Virus record (IMG/VR): IMGVR_UViG_3300025801_000025
Span: 1 to 58,930 of that record
DNA length: 58,930 bases
Strand: one strand, 5' to 3'
From: a virus
Taxonomy: Duplodnaviria > Caudoviricetes
Shown: positions 19,821 to 30,917 of the stretch, in pieces
Position numbering within the stretch: position 1 is the stretch's first letter
How the letters are laid out: the number at the start of each line of letters is the position of its first letter
The notes under the pieces: generated by a model
What the model was told of the DNA's origin: nothing
Seen by the model: only the letters and a program-made list of their open reading frames with translations
Database searches by the model: none
Position numbers and translations under genes: made by a program

Positions 19821-21042
19821 AAATCCTATTCAGCTTGGTCCTTGGACTAAAGGCCAAGATACATTCCATAGTCCACGCCATTCAATATTTCTTCCTAATG
19901 ATAATGGGTCTAGGGTAGTCTCTGCTATTAATGTAGATTGGCGCAGTTCAGGGTGGCCTACTGTTAGGTCAGGATTAACGGAGCGATTAGTAGCCGCCGA
20001 TGGGTTAACTGTCTTCTCAGGATTAGGATTGCTATTAGTTCAAGATGGTGGTACAATATATAGCATAAATACTACTACTTGGGCTACTACTAGTTTGGTT
20101 ACTGGATTAGATGATACTACACGAGTAGAATTTTTAGTACATGGCAATCGCTGCCTATGGAGTAATGGTATTGTTAAAGGTCAAATCTATAGCAATGATA
20201 CTGTTGGCCCATGGGGTTTAAACACGCCTCCAGTTGCATCTTTAACTGCTATAGGGTCCAGCGGATTTTCTGTAGGTAAGTATTTAGTAGCAGTTACCCT
20301 TATTGATGCCAAAGGGGTTGAACACTCTGCTAATAAATCAGCCTCAATTACCCTAAGCTCAGAACAAAGCATCCAAGTCGGACTATCTTCTTACGACTCT
20401 AACGCGGTATACGGGAAGATTTATATCTCAGACACAAATGGGGAAGAGTTATATTATAAGAGTACACATGCAGTAGGAGCTTTTCCAGTGACATTAACTG
20501 GCATTAGCGACTCCTATGAGCCATTGCGCACTCAGAGTTTAAGTCCTCCTCTTCCATCTACATGCCTATTCTCCTACCGCGGATCAGTCATGGTTGGGGT
20601 TGAAAATGTAGTATTTCCAAGCCTTGGCGAATTTCATCATCTATTTGAACTAGACGAAGCCCATGTTTATTTTCCTGACACTGTCCTGTCAGGTATTGGT
20701 CTTGATAATGGTTTTTGGGTAATTAGTGCTAATGCAGCTTATTGGACTACTGGACAAGTCCCGCAAGAGTATAACACTACTCTAGTGGATACCAATAGGA
20801 AATACGCCAAGGGCAGTATTACACTGCCAGGAACTCTTTTTCCTACTCTAGGCACTTCTTCAAGTCTAGCGATCTTTATGAGTGAAAATGGTCCTATGGT
20901 AGGGTTAGAAGATGGCTCTATCTTTCCTCTCCTCCCCGATCAACTTCGTCTAGATGTAGAAGACAAATATACCTCCTTTGCATATATACGAACGACGGTA
21001 GATGAGGAAGAGGTAAATCAACTTGTTTGGTGTTTATCATGA
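19813..21042 (+). CDS. Tail/nozzle-like virion protein
   Basis: AINVD....G....RSG N-terminus; GKYLVAVT...GVE motif; beta-rich. Confidence 0.55.
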   Translation: MTENPIQLGPWTKGQDTFHSPRHSIFLPNDNGSRVVSAINVDWRSSGWPTVRSGLTERLVAADGLTVFSGLGLLLVQDGGTIYSINTTTWATTSLVTGLDDTTRVEFLVHGNRCLWSNGIVKGQIYSNDTVGPWGLNTPPVASLTAIGSSGFSVGKYLVAVTLIDAKGVEHSANKSASITLSSEQSIQVGLSSYDSNAVYGKIYISDTNGEELYYKSTHAVGAFPVTLTGISDSYEPLRTQSLSPPLPSTCLFSYRGSVMVGVENVVFPSLGEFHHLFELDEAHVYFPDTVLSGIGLDNGFWVISANAAYWTTGQVPQEYNTTLVDTNRKYAKGSITLPGTLFPTLGTSSSLAIFMSENGPMVGLEDGSIFPLLPDQLRLDVEDKYTSFAYIRTTVDEEEVNQLVWCLS

Positions 21043-21677
21043 GAATCGATAAGAGTGAGTCATTTGTTTGTAGAGGTGAGATGGAGCTTAGTGGAGCTAC
21101 ACTTACTTTGAAGGATAGTCAGCTTTCTAGAAACTGGCTAGAACAGCAGGATTTGGTAGAGGTTGGGATTCCCCTAAGTAGCTGCAAAGTGTGGGATGAC
21201 TTATCTAGTAATCTTCCTGGAACTGCCGCCGCTGATGACCTTGCTATTGTTGAAGGAATCTTCGGAACTGATGCACCTACTATCCAAAGTGATAACCAAG
21301 GTTCCAATGGTACTCCAACTGCAGCGTATGCTCGGTTTATGGTGCCTATTTACAATGACTATGTGCTAGGAGAGTCAATACAATTAAGTTTTCGGGCAGG
21401 AATGGTAACTGCTGTGTCCGATACTACGGCTACTCTTGACTTAGTTGTTTATGTCAATGATGGAGATGGGGCAGTTGGAACTGATATATGTGCTACGAGT
21501 GCTCAGTCGATCAACTCCTTAACCAAAGCTGAGTATGACTTTACTATTACTCCTACTTCTCTGGCCTATGGAGATATCCTAGATTGTCGAGTTGCAATTA
21601 CCATAGAGGACGCGACTACCGGAACAGTAATAGGAGAGATTAGTAAAATCTCTCTCCTTCGAGATATTAGAGGGTAA
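21039..21677 (+). CDS. Putative virion protein
   Basis: ATGA overlap with upstream gene; beta-rich. Confidence 0.55.
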   Translation: MRIDKSESFVCRGEMELSGATLTLKDSQLSRNWLEQQDLVEVGIPLSSCKVWDDLSSNLPGTAAADDLAIVEGIFGTDAPTIQSDNQGSNGTPTAAYARFMVPIYNDYVLGESIQLSFRAGMVTAVSDTTATLDLVVYVNDGDGAVGTDICATSAQSINSLTKAEYDFTITPTSLAYGDILDCRVAITIEDATTGTVIGEISKISLLRDIRG

Positions 21678-21682
21678 TTTCA

Positions 21683-22567
21683 ATGGGCCTTTGTGGCACA
21701 GGCATTTACGCTAATGATGTTCTCTGTGAGGTTATTGATAACCTTGATAACCTTATTGCAACTGCTGAAGCGGCAAAAGCGGATGCAGAGGACGCTATTA
21801 CTGATCTAAAAAGCTATACTGAAACAGTTATTCCTGGATTAGCTGATATAAACTATGCTGCTAATACATCGGGAGTTAACAAGACATATGTAGCTCCCTC
21901 CACACCCAGCGAGCCTGATTATAGTAGTGATAAGCCTACTAGTCCAACTATTCCTAGCTCTTCTACTCCTCTAATTTCATCATCTACTATTGATGATCGG
22001 TGGAATGATGCTGCGTCGAAGTTATCCAGAGTTGCAACTAAGCGTGAACGGGATGCAGTTTATCGTGCATCTTCTATGGGGCTTGGTATGGCTAGCTCTG
22101 CTTTGACTATTGCTCTTCGTCGAGCAGAGGAAGAAGCAAACAAAGAAGCAGCAAATAAAGCCCTCACAGCTAATATACAATATGCAGACTGGCTTCGTGA
22201 AGATGCTAAGTTTGTCCATGATCTTGCACAGAAGGGCTATGCTAATGATATTCAGTCTGAACAAGCAAGACGCGGTGCAGAGACGCAACGACTAAATGCT
22301 TTAGTTGCTGAGATGCAGGCACAAATTGCATCTGAGGGTGAGCGGCGTGGGTGGAGTCAAATGCAAATTAATGATCTTCTAGAGCAAGCTGATAAAGCAA
22401 CTGGGTATGCTTTAGAAAAAGCTAAGATTCTGGCTGATTTGACTAAGGATACTAATGAAGCGGTAGCACAACTTACTACCGGGTTGGCACAGGCTATTTA
22501 TGCCGCGGCTAATTTTAATCTGACTGGTTCTGGTAATCAGTCTGTTAATGAAAGTATTTCTAGCTAA
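21683..22567 (+). CDS. Putative virion protein
   Basis: P/S/T linker followed by helical A/Q/E-rich region. Confidence 0.55.
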   Translation: MGLCGTGIYANDVLCEVIDNLDNLIATAEAAKADAEDAITDLKSYTETVIPGLADINYAANTSGVNKTYVAPSTPSEPDYSSDKPTSPTIPSSSTPLISSSTIDDRWNDAASKLSRVATKRERDAVYRASSMGLGMASSALTIALRRAEEEANKEAANKALTANIQYADWLREDAKFVHDLAQKGYANDIQSEQARRGAETQRLNALVAEMQAQIASEGERRGWSQMQINDLLEQADKATGYALEKAKILADLTKDTNEAVAQLTTGLAQAIYAAANFNLTGSGNQSVNESISS

Positions 22568-23043
22568 TGGCTGTTTATAAAATCAGTACTTCGACTCTTG
22601 GGCTTAGTCAAGCCCAAGATAACAGGTGGAATAGTGTGGTTGGAGTAACGGAACACGATGGAGATTTATTTGTAGTCTCCAACGGTTATGGCCTATTCGA
22701 AGTATCTGGCAATACAGATCATGGATCAGCTATAGTTGGGTATATTACTACTGGAGAGTTATCTCTAGCTGGCCCGCAATCCTTTAATTGCCCTAAAGCA
22801 ACTCTCATTGCAAGCGGCACAGGATCATTACAAGTAGCTAGATATACTAAAGAACAGGGGTCTGCTAAGACTCCTAATGCTTATTCTGTTACTCTGACAT
22901 CTGAACAAGATGAGCATGAAGTTCTTTTGGAGACTCGCCAACATGCTCGCACATATCAATTTAAAATCACGATGACTGGTAGTGGGAATTCATTGGATTC
23001 TTTTGGAGTCTATGTAAACCCTGTTCGTCCTCGTAGAGGGTGA
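22567..23043 (+). CDS. Putative tail protein
   Basis: GLFEVSG.TD.G..I...ITTG...RTYQFKI; basic end. Confidence 0.55.
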   Translation: MAVYKISTSTLGLSQAQDNRWNSVVGVTEHDGDLFVVSNGYGLFEVSGNTDHGSAIVGYITTGELSLAGPQSFNCPKATLIASGTGSLQVARYTKEQGSAKTPNAYSVTLTSEQDEHEVLLETRQHARTYQFKITMTGSGNSLDSFGVYVNPVRPRRG

Positions 23044-23047
23044 GATT

Positions 23048-24373
23048 ATGGCAGGTATATTTATTCCTTTAGCAAAGACACTTAGACAACTTTCAAAAAT
23101 AGGTACGGCTAGGCAGGCCGGACAAGCTCTTAGAAAAGATATTGGTACCTTAGCCGATGTTGCAGTAAGAGGTTATAAGTCTGTAGCTAGTCCGATAGGA
23201 GAATTTGTAGGAGGCTTGAGAGGCTTGAGTGGTACTGCTGGTATTCCTCAGCAACCATCTGTAATACCCGCTCAACCCGCTCACCCACGTCCAAGTATAG
23301 CACCTACATCTAACAGTCTTACTGACCAAGCTAATTATGAACAGCAATTAATGCGAGTAGGTGGTGGAAGTATAGCTCAGCCTACTGGCCAATTAGGGTA
23401 TGAAATGCCAACTGGAACCCTTACTGCTGCTAACTTAGGGAAACAGGTTCCTCAGGGTGTTAAGCCGATTGCAGATATATTTAGTCCTAGCAATGTCCAG
23501 AAGGCTAAGGAAAATGCTCCTAATAGTACAGGAATAAACTTTGGTGTTAGTCAAGATACAATGGGAGCATTACGTAAAAGTAATGATATTAGTAAAGCTA
23601 GGGCCTATTTAGCTTTACCAGAAAATCAACGCGGAAGGATGCCGGCAGACGTAGCTGCTACACTAGGACAAGAAGCTCCTAGCAGCACTACTAATTCAGG
23701 ATCGCCTCTAGGATCTCAATGGCGTAACGAGACTGATGCTTGGAATGAGCAAGTTAGTAGAGGGTCTGATGCTTTTTTGGCTACTGCTAGGGCTAAGAAT
23801 ATCGCGGCAGGGTTTCCTAAACGTGAACGGGCTAGTGTTATGGAGGCTGTGCTTAGTGATATGCTGAATCAATCTCAGTCGAAACAAGCTCAGACGGCAG
23901 GTCCTAGTTTAAGAGATATAGCTGACCTTAAGAGGCTAGGGCTACAACAGGCAGAAGCGTCTCGTAAGTCTCAATTAGAACAGCTAGGTGAGCAACGGGC
24001 ACAGAGGGGAGAAAATCGGGCACAGCAAGCATTAGATTTTAATTCCCAGCTTAAACTAATGCAGGAAAATCGGGCACAGCAAGAGAATCAACGTGCTCAG
24101 CAAGAGGCATTACAAGGCCAAGTAAGATCAGCGGTTCAAAGAATGCCTCAGTTGTCAGGAATGGAAGGTCTTCTTAGAGAGGAGTTATCTAAAGGTGTAT
24201 CTCCTGATACTGTTAATGAAAGATTGTCTCAACTCAGGACCCAACCTAAAACACCTGAAGAGCAAGCATTAATTGACGCTATTGATAAGGGGCTTACTGA
24301 TTCTGACCCACAAGTTCAACAACGTGCCTTAATGGCTCTGATGAAGCTCTATCGAAGTCAGTTTGGAGCTTGA
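23048..24373 (+). CDS. Putative ejection/internal virion protein
   Basis: Low-complexity Q/A-rich helical protein before the giant protein. Confidence 0.55.
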   Translation: MAGIFIPLAKTLRQLSKIGTARQAGQALRKDIGTLADVAVRGYKSVASPIGEFVGGLRGLSGTAGIPQQPSVIPAQPAHPRPSIAPTSNSLTDQANYEQQLMRVGGGSIAQPTGQLGYEMPTGTLTAANLGKQVPQGVKPIADIFSPSNVQKAKENAPNSTGINFGVSQDTMGALRKSNDISKARAYLALPENQRGRMPADVAATLGQEAPSSTTNSGSPLGSQWRNETDAWNEQVSRGSDAFLATARAKNIAAGFPKRERASVMEAVLSDMLNQSQSKQAQTAGPSLRDIADLKRLGLQQAEASRKSQLEQLGEQRAQRGENRAQQALDFNSQLKLMQENRAQQENQRAQQEALQGQVRSAVQRMPQLSGMEGLLREELSKGVSPDTVNERLSQLRTQPKTPEEQALIDAIDKGLTDSDPQVQQRALMALMKLYRSQFGA

Positions 24374-24575
24374 TGTGAATAAGCTAGCCCAATTCTTGGA
24401 CGCAATGAACAAAAGAGATGCTAAAAGCAAGCTCCCCAGCGGAGGAAGTCAATTTTCTATGGAAGTTGCTCTTGGTCCAAGTGCTAGCGCTAAGAATCAG
24501 GCTATGATGCGACTTCAAAAAGTTCGTCCTATTAAAACTCTCCCCTTGTCAGAGTTGGTAAAAATCCATGGCTGA
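24363..24575 (+). CDS. Small hypothetical protein
   Basis: Fills the gap and overlaps both neighbours. Confidence 0.4.
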   Translation: MELDVNKLAQFLDAMNKRDAKSKLPSGGSQFSMEVALGPSASAKNQAMMRLQKVRPIKTLPLSELVKIHG

Positions 24576-27500
24576 TCAAAATTATCCAGTTGTTGCACGC
24601 CCATCTTATTTAGATAGCTTTGGTGGGACTGTTCCTGTAATCAAGGAAGAACCTGAATGGAAGAAAGGAATAGCATCATCTGTAGATGAGCTTCAAGCTT
24701 TGGGAGGCGGGATAGTTGGATTAGCTGGGCAAGCTGTTGGTTCGGAGGGGTTAAGAGATTGGGGACTGGATGTTTATAGACGTAACATGCAGGAAAGTAC
24801 GCAGGGTTGGCAAGCTCCTAAAGTAGCTAATTTGGAGGATATTAAGATAGCTGATCCTGGTGGACTAAGTAGAGCTGTAGATTGGGCAGTTTATCAAGGC
24901 ACTAAAGGGTTAGGCACTATTGCCACTGCTGCACTTGGTGGCGGCGTTGGTGGAATTGCCGGGAAAGTTCTTGTCAAGGGTGCTATTAAAAAAGTTGCTG
25001 CTAATGTCCTTAGTAAGGCTGCTGTTGGGCCAGTAGTTTCAGCGGCAATGAGAAAGTCTGCTAAAAAAGCAGCTACCGGAATAGCTAATAAAGCTATAGC
25101 TAGAGGGGCAACTGCTGGAGCTGTAGGTACTACTTTTGGTTTGGAAAGTGGTGGAGAATTCGGGAGTTTAACCTCAGAAGGTGTGTCTCCTGAAAAAGCT
25201 CTTGGACCTTCTATAGGTGTGGGGGCCCTAAATTCTGCCTTAGAAGTTGTTCCGCTATTTAAACTTGCTAAGGATGTCGGACTTTTGCCATGGGCTAAGA
25301 AGGCAGTTGTTAAGGTTGTTAAGGCTGATCCTAAAGGATTGGGGAAGAGAGTTAGGCAGCTTGCAACCAATGTAGTTTTAGGAGCAGGGAAGTATGGATC
25401 AATCGAGGGGGTTACTGAAGGGTTGCAAGAATTAGTAAGTATTGCTGGGGATAGAGTAGCCAAGAATAAAAAACTCTTTGATGATCTGTCTGCCGAAGAT
25501 AGGAGTAGGATATTAAATGCTGCTGCGCCCGGAGTATTATCTGGGGGTATATTAGGTAGCATTGCTGGGCCTGTTAGTAAACATGGAGCTGCGCCTACGG
25601 CACAAGGAGGTATCACTCAACAGCCTACGGCATCTCCAATTAAACCTACAGCTCCAAGTACATCTACCCCTCCTACGGCATCTCCAATTAAACCTAACGC
25701 TCCAAGTACATCTACCCCTCCTACGGCATCTCCTATTGAAAGCCCCTCTGAGTCCAGTGTAGTAGGGCTAACTTCCCCACAGGCACGTCAGCAGCAAATC
25801 GACAAAACAATGCAGGATGCGGCGATTTCTAATATCATACCAAATCCTGATGCTGGTTTACAAGAAACAACCCCAACTGGAGAACAAATTAATGTCTTGC
25901 AAATGCAAAGAGCGCCGGGAGAAGTTAAAGAAGGAATACCAGAAATACAAGGAGCAATTACTCCAGAAGCTACGAGAGAGAAAGCAGCTCAGACGCCAGT
26001 AGTACCGTCTACCAGTGAGGTTATAAATGCCAGCCAAAACAGAGAAGCAACGCAAATTTATGGGAATGTGCTCAACCAAGAAAGGCCGCAAGAAAGCCAA
26101 TTCCAAGTGCCCACCGATGAGAGTGGCCAAGGAGTTCTTACACGCGAAGATAGCACGCCTCCCAATATATTAGCTTTAGACCCTAAACTAGTAGCTGATC
26201 TTTGGCGTCGCCAAAATATGACACCTGCTACTTCATCCGCTAAATCAATAGGATCGGCCAGAGACTTTATCAAACACGAAGTGCTACCTATTGTTAATAA
26301 ATTAGCTGAAGGGTGGACGTCTAAGGCTAAACTTACTGGCAATAAAGGGGTTTCAAGAGGGGATAGGTATCTTCGAGACTTAATTGATATGGGATATGCA
26401 AGGGAATTGCGAGACTCTAGGGGAAATTTATTTTATGGAAAGGCTGATATTATTCCTCCTGCTAATTTAGTTAGCGATGCAAAATTTGGTTCTAAGGGGG
26501 GATATGATATAGAATATGCTGATATAGCACCTTTGTCTCCTAGAGATAGGCCTAAGAATAGAGGACGTGGGCATCTATTGGATAGTCCAGCTGTTGGCGA
26601 ATCTGCAAAGCCAGTTAGTCTAATCGATTTTATTTCAGCTTCAGATAAATTAATAGGACAAGGTATTACTCAACGGGCTATTGATGCAGGGGCTTTAAGA
26701 GTTAATCAAGTATCTGCTGAAGGATCCCCAGCAGGATTTTTTAATAAGGCTACTGGAGTAATGGAGATTAACCTGGATAGGATTCCAAAAGGACAATCTC
26801 CTGAAAGTGTGCTCCTTCATGAGGGCCGACATGCTGGACTTCACTTAGTCTTAGGGGATACTCTACCATCTTTTCATCAAGATTTAATAAACCTAGCTAA
26901 TAATGGGAGCCAAACTGCACTTCAGGGATTAAGGAATTCTACTCAAGCCTTAGCTAACTCTTTAGGGATTGAGAGTAAAATTATGGATACAGAATTATCC
27001 CCTGCAGAGTGGCAACAGGAGTATACTAGGGTACGTGAAGAGGTTTCTAAAATAGATCCTACACTTCTGGCTGAAGAAGACCTTGCACATTTTATTCAAG
27101 CAGCTGCGAATAAGAGAATTCCAGAAGCAGGGTTTTTTAGACAATTAATTAATGCCATTAAGACTTGGTGGGCACAGACTCAAGTCGGGCAAGCCTTTGC
27201 CCGAGCTGGAATTAGACCTACTTTGTCTGATTCAATGGCATTGGAGTTTGCAAAGGCTTCTATTAAGAGAGCTACGGAGCAAGCAGAGAGAGTTGGGCAG
27301 GCTGTTCAGAGAGAAACAAGAATTATCGAGGATGTTCCGTCGGCGGCACGAGTTGCAGTATTAGATTCACGATATGCGATGGCTACTCGGACTGGTCAAT
27401 CTGCTGATATTACTATTGGAGCAACACCGCGTCAGATTGAGGGCCTTCTTAATAGAGAGAGAGCTAAAGCTACAAGAGAAGGGCAACCTTTCTTTGAAGG

Positions 27501-30500
27501 AGTACGGATTTTAAAAGACCCTAGAGATGGGACTATTTATGCTTGGCCTGCTGATGCGAATTTACTCCATAAGGATGTCGCATTGGAAATGGGGATTGAT
27601 ACAGGATTGTATAATATTGTCCCAGTTAGTGGGCAGGTAGTTGAGCCTGGTCAGATTAGGGAAGTCATTGACGAGATGCCTGTAAGTCTAGAAGGACTAA
27701 AAAAGGAATTTTCATTTGACACTATCGCCCCTAGAGTAGAGGCAGAGCCACTGACATTGGAAGATCTAGGGATTGGAGATAAGCCTCTTACGATAGAGCA
27801 ACAAAGAGGTTTAGCTAATGAACTTCTCTACTCAGACCAATTTGCCGATCAAGTGCAGCAGATTAAAAGTAAATTTTATACATCTCCCGTGTCGGAATAT
27901 GTAGAAAAGTATTCTCAACCTGGACTGTTTAATAAGTGGTTTGCTGGAGTAGTCGACCAGTTTCACTATGTTAAAGGGAAGAGTCCTAGGCTTTATACTG
28001 CTTTTGATGAATGGGCGGCTAAGCAAGGAGCAGCACAGAGTGTAGTTAAAAGAGAGTATATGGAGCCACTTCGCCATTTGGTGTCAAAGATCAAGATTGA
28101 TCCAGCGGATGCTCAGCTTATAAAGGATCAACAGGCAGCACAGCATATGTTGTTGGGTGACCAACTTGCTACGCGAGTTGCTGAACCTAGGGCAGCAGAT
28201 GTTGTAGGGCACCAGTTAGCAGCAAGGCATGTGGTGTTGGATGATGTGAATGGCCAACTTGCTCTACGAGCTGCTCCTGAGTTCCTGAAGACTTTAAGAG
28301 GTGATTTAGATCCAAACACAATTGCATTATTGGATAAGGCTATTGAAGGTGTAACTGGTGGGTCGAAATTTATTAGCAAATTAACTGATTTAGATGCTGC
28401 AATATTATTAAAGAGGTTTTTGCCATCTGAGTCTGATCCTAGTCATCCAATTGGTTCTAAGTGGGCTATATTTAAGCGTCGGGCTAGCGGGTATTCTACT
28501 GCAGTAATTGGTTCTGAGGAATATCTTCAGGATAAAGCTGATGGATTTATGAATGCCATGGAGTTATATAATCAACGTGTTATTAATAATCCTGAGTTTG
28601 AACAAATAGAAGAATTAGTGGATACGCTAGGGCGGTATACTCTTCAAACATTAAGGGAAGGTGGATTACTTACTGATACCGCGATAGCCAAACTTGAATC
28701 AGCATATTCCCATTATGTGCCTCTTCGTAGGGAGTTATATGATTATGATGAAGAAGTGAGGAAAATCTTTGATACTCCCAATAAGAGCATCGGGAAGTTG
28801 TATGGAAGGGAGGGTAGTGCAGAACTACCTAATGCAGTACACGTAATACAAAATGTTCTCGCCCAAGCATATACAGCTAGTGCTACTGCGGCTCGAAATC
28901 AGATGATGAACCAGTTTGCAGATGAGTTGTATGAAGATAGCGATAAAAAGCTTTGGGGAGATTGGTTCAAAATCAACGACAAATCTTTAAATAACGGCTC
29001 TATGGGGTTTGTTAGAAAAGGAAAGTCATTATATGTAGTGCCCCAGGCCGGTAATCTTCGAGCAGCAGGTATTGCTAGGGCGATTAAAAAATTAGATGCC
29101 CATGAGTTAGTAGGTCCTACTAAGCTCATGCGAGCGGTAAACAGCTGGATCCGGTGGGTTAATGTGGCTGCATCTCCATATTTTATGCTGACTAACATTC
29201 CTAGAGATGCCGGAACAGCGTTGTATAATCTTCAGGCTACTGAGGCTAAGGATCATTGGAAAGAAGTTTTTGGTAATTATAAGAATGCTGCCAAAGCATT
29301 AGGAACTGTGGTTATTAAGGGAGTACGAGATAAGGCCAATGCTACCCCTAAACAGGTTGCTCAGATAGAAATGGTAGAGCGATTTGAGAAAGCCGGAGGG
29401 TCAGCATCATTTGTTGAGTCACTTAGGTCTATGGATGGCTCTTGGAAGAGCTTCGAAGCCCAAGTAGGCCGTCGGCGTGGTAAGTTAGGTGCAGTAGTTG
29501 AGTGGGGCACGAAGAATTTAGATGCAATTGAGAACCTAAACATTGCTGTTGAAAATGTAATGCGGTTAGCTACATTTGATACACTAGTTAAAAATGGTAT
29601 CTCAGATCAACGGGCGGCACAGATATCAAGAGATTTGACGACTAACTTCACTCGTAGAGGGTATCACACTAATGCAATTAATACATGGTGGCTGTTTTTT
29701 AATGCTACTGTGCAAGGCAACTGGCAAGTAGTGCAGAATATTATGCAAGGAGTAGGGAAAAAGAAACTACAGGCAGCTATTGGGGGTACGATTGCGTTTT
29801 CGTTCTTGATAGATCAATTAGGACAAGCCTTGAGCGATGATAGTGACGAAGACGGGATTTCAGATTGGAATTCACGATCATCTTATCAGAAAGAGAAAGT
29901 AATCAGTATTCCTTTCAAAATTGGGGATACATATCCTAGTATCCCCGCACCTTGGGGATATAATGCTTTTTGGAGATTAGGTAGCCTTTTAAGTGAAGTT
30001 TTTAGTGGAATCACTAAGCCTCAAGACGCTGCCTTAGATAGTATTGGGTTAATGTTTAATACAATGAATCCTATCCAGAGTGGCTCGGCAGCACAAGCTG
30101 TGTCTCCTACCGCATTTGACCCAATCATGCAAATCATTGAAAACAAGAATTTCGTTGGGAATCCTCTTGGGCCTGAAGGATATCCTGGAGCGTCTAAGCG
30201 GCCAGATGCTTATTTGGCATGGAGGAAAACACCAGAAGGATATAAATCCTTAGCGAAGTTCATGAATGAGGTTACTGGTGGGAATGCGGTAGAGAGCGGA
30301 GCAATAGATCTCCGACCATCTACTTATGAGGTACTAGCAAATACTATGCTAGGTAGCTTAGGGAGATTTGTTGAGGATGCAGTGAACTCTGGGTGGACTG
30401 GGACTTTCGGAAAAGATCCTTTTAAGGTAACTGATATCCCTGTCCTGAAGCCTTTTACTGCTACTCCTACTAGTGCATTGGCGGTATCGTTGTACAATGA

Positions 30501-30783
30501 CAGGGTTTCTAAGATACTTGTCGCCGATAAGTTAGTGAAAACCCTTTCTAGCGGACCGGATAAGAATTTAGTAGAGCTTCGTAAGGTCCAATCTGACCGT
30601 GCATCTCTACTTCGTATGGTTCCTAATGCTAAGGATGTTGAAAGGCAAATCAAGGATCTTCGTAAGAGCCTTAGACTTGCTGAATCACGAGGCGACTCAA
30701 GAACTGAAAAGAGGTTGCAGGATCGTATCTTGCAACTACAACAGAGATTCAACCAAAGTTATGCACGGCGGGTTGGCAACTGA
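24568..30783 (+). CDS. Giant internal virion/polyvalent protein (HExxH region; LPD38-like C-terminus)
   Basis: G/A-rich N-terminal helices, LLHEGRHAG, HYVPLR, NFTRRG..LFFNATVQG, IPAPWGYN motifs. Confidence 0.75.
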   Translation: MADQNYPVVARPSYLDSFGGTVPVIKEEPEWKKGIASSVDELQALGGGIVGLAGQAVGSEGLRDWGLDVYRRNMQESTQGWQAPKVANLEDIKIADPGGLSRAVDWAVYQGTKGLGTIATAALGGGVGGIAGKVLVKGAIKKVAANVLSKAAVGPVVSAAMRKSAKKAATGIANKAIARGATAGAVGTTFGLESGGEFGSLTSEGVSPEKALGPSIGVGALNSALEVVPLFKLAKDVGLLPWAKKAVVKVVKADPKGLGKRVRQLATNVVLGAGKYGSIEGVTEGLQELVSIAGDRVAKNKKLFDDLSAEDRSRILNAAAPGVLSGGILGSIAGPVSKHGAAPTAQGGITQQPTASPIKPTAPSTSTPPTASPIKPNAPSTSTPPTASPIESPSESSVVGLTSPQARQQQIDKTMQDAAISNIIPNPDAGLQETTPTGEQINVLQMQRAPGEVKEGIPEIQGAITPEATREKAAQTPVVPSTSEVINASQNREATQIYGNVLNQERPQESQFQVPTDESGQGVLTREDSTPPNILALDPKLVADLWRRQNMTPATSSAKSIGSARDFIKHEVLPIVNKLAEGWTSKAKLTGNKGVSRGDRYLRDLIDMGYARELRDSRGNLFYGKADIIPPANLVSDAKFGSKGGYDIEYADIAPLSPRDRPKNRGRGHLLDSPAVGESAKPVSLIDFISASDKLIGQGITQRAIDAGALRVNQVSAEGSPAGFFNKATGVMEINLDRIPKGQSPESVLLHEGRHAGLHLVLGDTLPSFHQDLINLANNGSQTALQGLRNSTQALANSLGIESKIMDTELSPAEWQQEYTRVREEVSKIDPTLLAEEDLAHFIQAAANKRIPEAGFFRQLINAIKTWWAQTQVGQAFARAGIRPTLSDSMALEFAKASIKRATEQAERVGQAVQRETRIIEDVPSAARVAVLDSRYAMATRTGQSADITIGATPRQIEGLLNRERAKATREGQPFFEGVRILKDPRDGTIYAWPADANLLHKDVALEMGIDTGLYNIVPVSGQVVEPGQIREVIDEMPVSLEGLKKEFSFDTIAPRVEAEPLTLEDLGIGDKPLTIEQQRGLANELLYSDQFADQVQQIKSKFYTSPVSEYVEKYSQPGLFNKWFAGVVDQFHYVKGKSPRLYTAFDEWAAKQGAAQSVVKREYMEPLRHLVSKIKIDPADAQLIKDQQAAQHMLLGDQLATRVAEPRAADVVGHQLAARHVVLDDVNGQLALRAAPEFLKTLRGDLDPNTIALLDKAIEGVTGGSKFISKLTDLDAAILLKRFLPSESDPSHPIGSKWAIFKRRASGYSTAVIGSEEYLQDKADGFMNAMELYNQRVINNPEFEQIEELVDTLGRYTLQTLREGGLLTDTAIAKLESAYSHYVPLRRELYDYDEEVRKIFDTPNKSIGKLYGREGSAELPNAVHVIQNVLAQAYTASATAARNQMMNQFADELYEDSDKKLWGDWFKINDKSLNNGSMGFVRKGKSLYVVPQAGNLRAAGIARAIKKLDAHELVGPTKLMRAVNSWIRWVNVAASPYFMLTNIPRDAGTALYNLQATEAKDHWKEVFGNYKNAAKALGTVVIKGVRDKANATPKQVAQIEMVERFEKAGGSASFVESLRSMDGSWKSFEAQVGRRRGKLGAVVEWGTKNLDAIENLNIAVENVMRLATFDTLVKNGISDQRAAQISRDLTTNFTRRGYHTNAINTWWLFFNATVQGNWQVVQNIMQGVGKKKLQAAIGGTIAFSFLIDQLGQALSDDSDEDGISDWNSRSSYQKEKVISIPFKIGDTYPSIPAPWGYNAFWRLGSLLSEVFSGITKPQDAALDSIGLMFNTMNPIQSGSAAQAVSPTAFDPIMQIIENKNFVGNPLGPEGYPGASKRPDAYLAWRKTPEGYKSLAKFMNEVTGGNAVESGAIDLRPSTYEVLANTMLGSLGRFVEDAVNSGWTGTFGKDPFKVTDIPVLKPFTATPTSALAVSLYNDRVSKILVADKLVKTLSSGPDKNLVELRKVQSDRASLLRMVPNAKDVERQIKDLRKSLRLAESRGDSRTEKRLQDRILQLQQRFNQSYARRVGN

Positions 30784-30795
30784 CCAGTGCTTGAG

Positions 30796-30826
30796 TAGGA
30801 GATTGTAAGTGATTTACAATCTCCTA
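30796..30826. repeat. 13-bp perfect inverted repeat
   Basis: TAGGAGATTGTAA-gtgat-TTACAATCTCCTA. Confidence 0.85.
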
Positions 30827-30886
30827 AAGGGATCTCTTTAGATGAGATAGGCTAGCAAATGAGTTGGAAGTGGGAAGTGGGAAGTT

Positions 30887-30915
30887 TCGGCCCGGATAAT
30901 ACCGGGCCGATTTTT
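30887..30915 (+). terminator. Intrinsic terminator where the two arms converge
   Basis: TCGGCCCGG-ataata-CCGGGCCGA followed by T5. Confidence 0.8.
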
Positions 30916-30917
30916 GT

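Noticed and set aside
24894-25616. 240-aa antisense ORF within the giant protein gene
   Set aside because: Shadow of a G/A-rich coding region; no independent signals.
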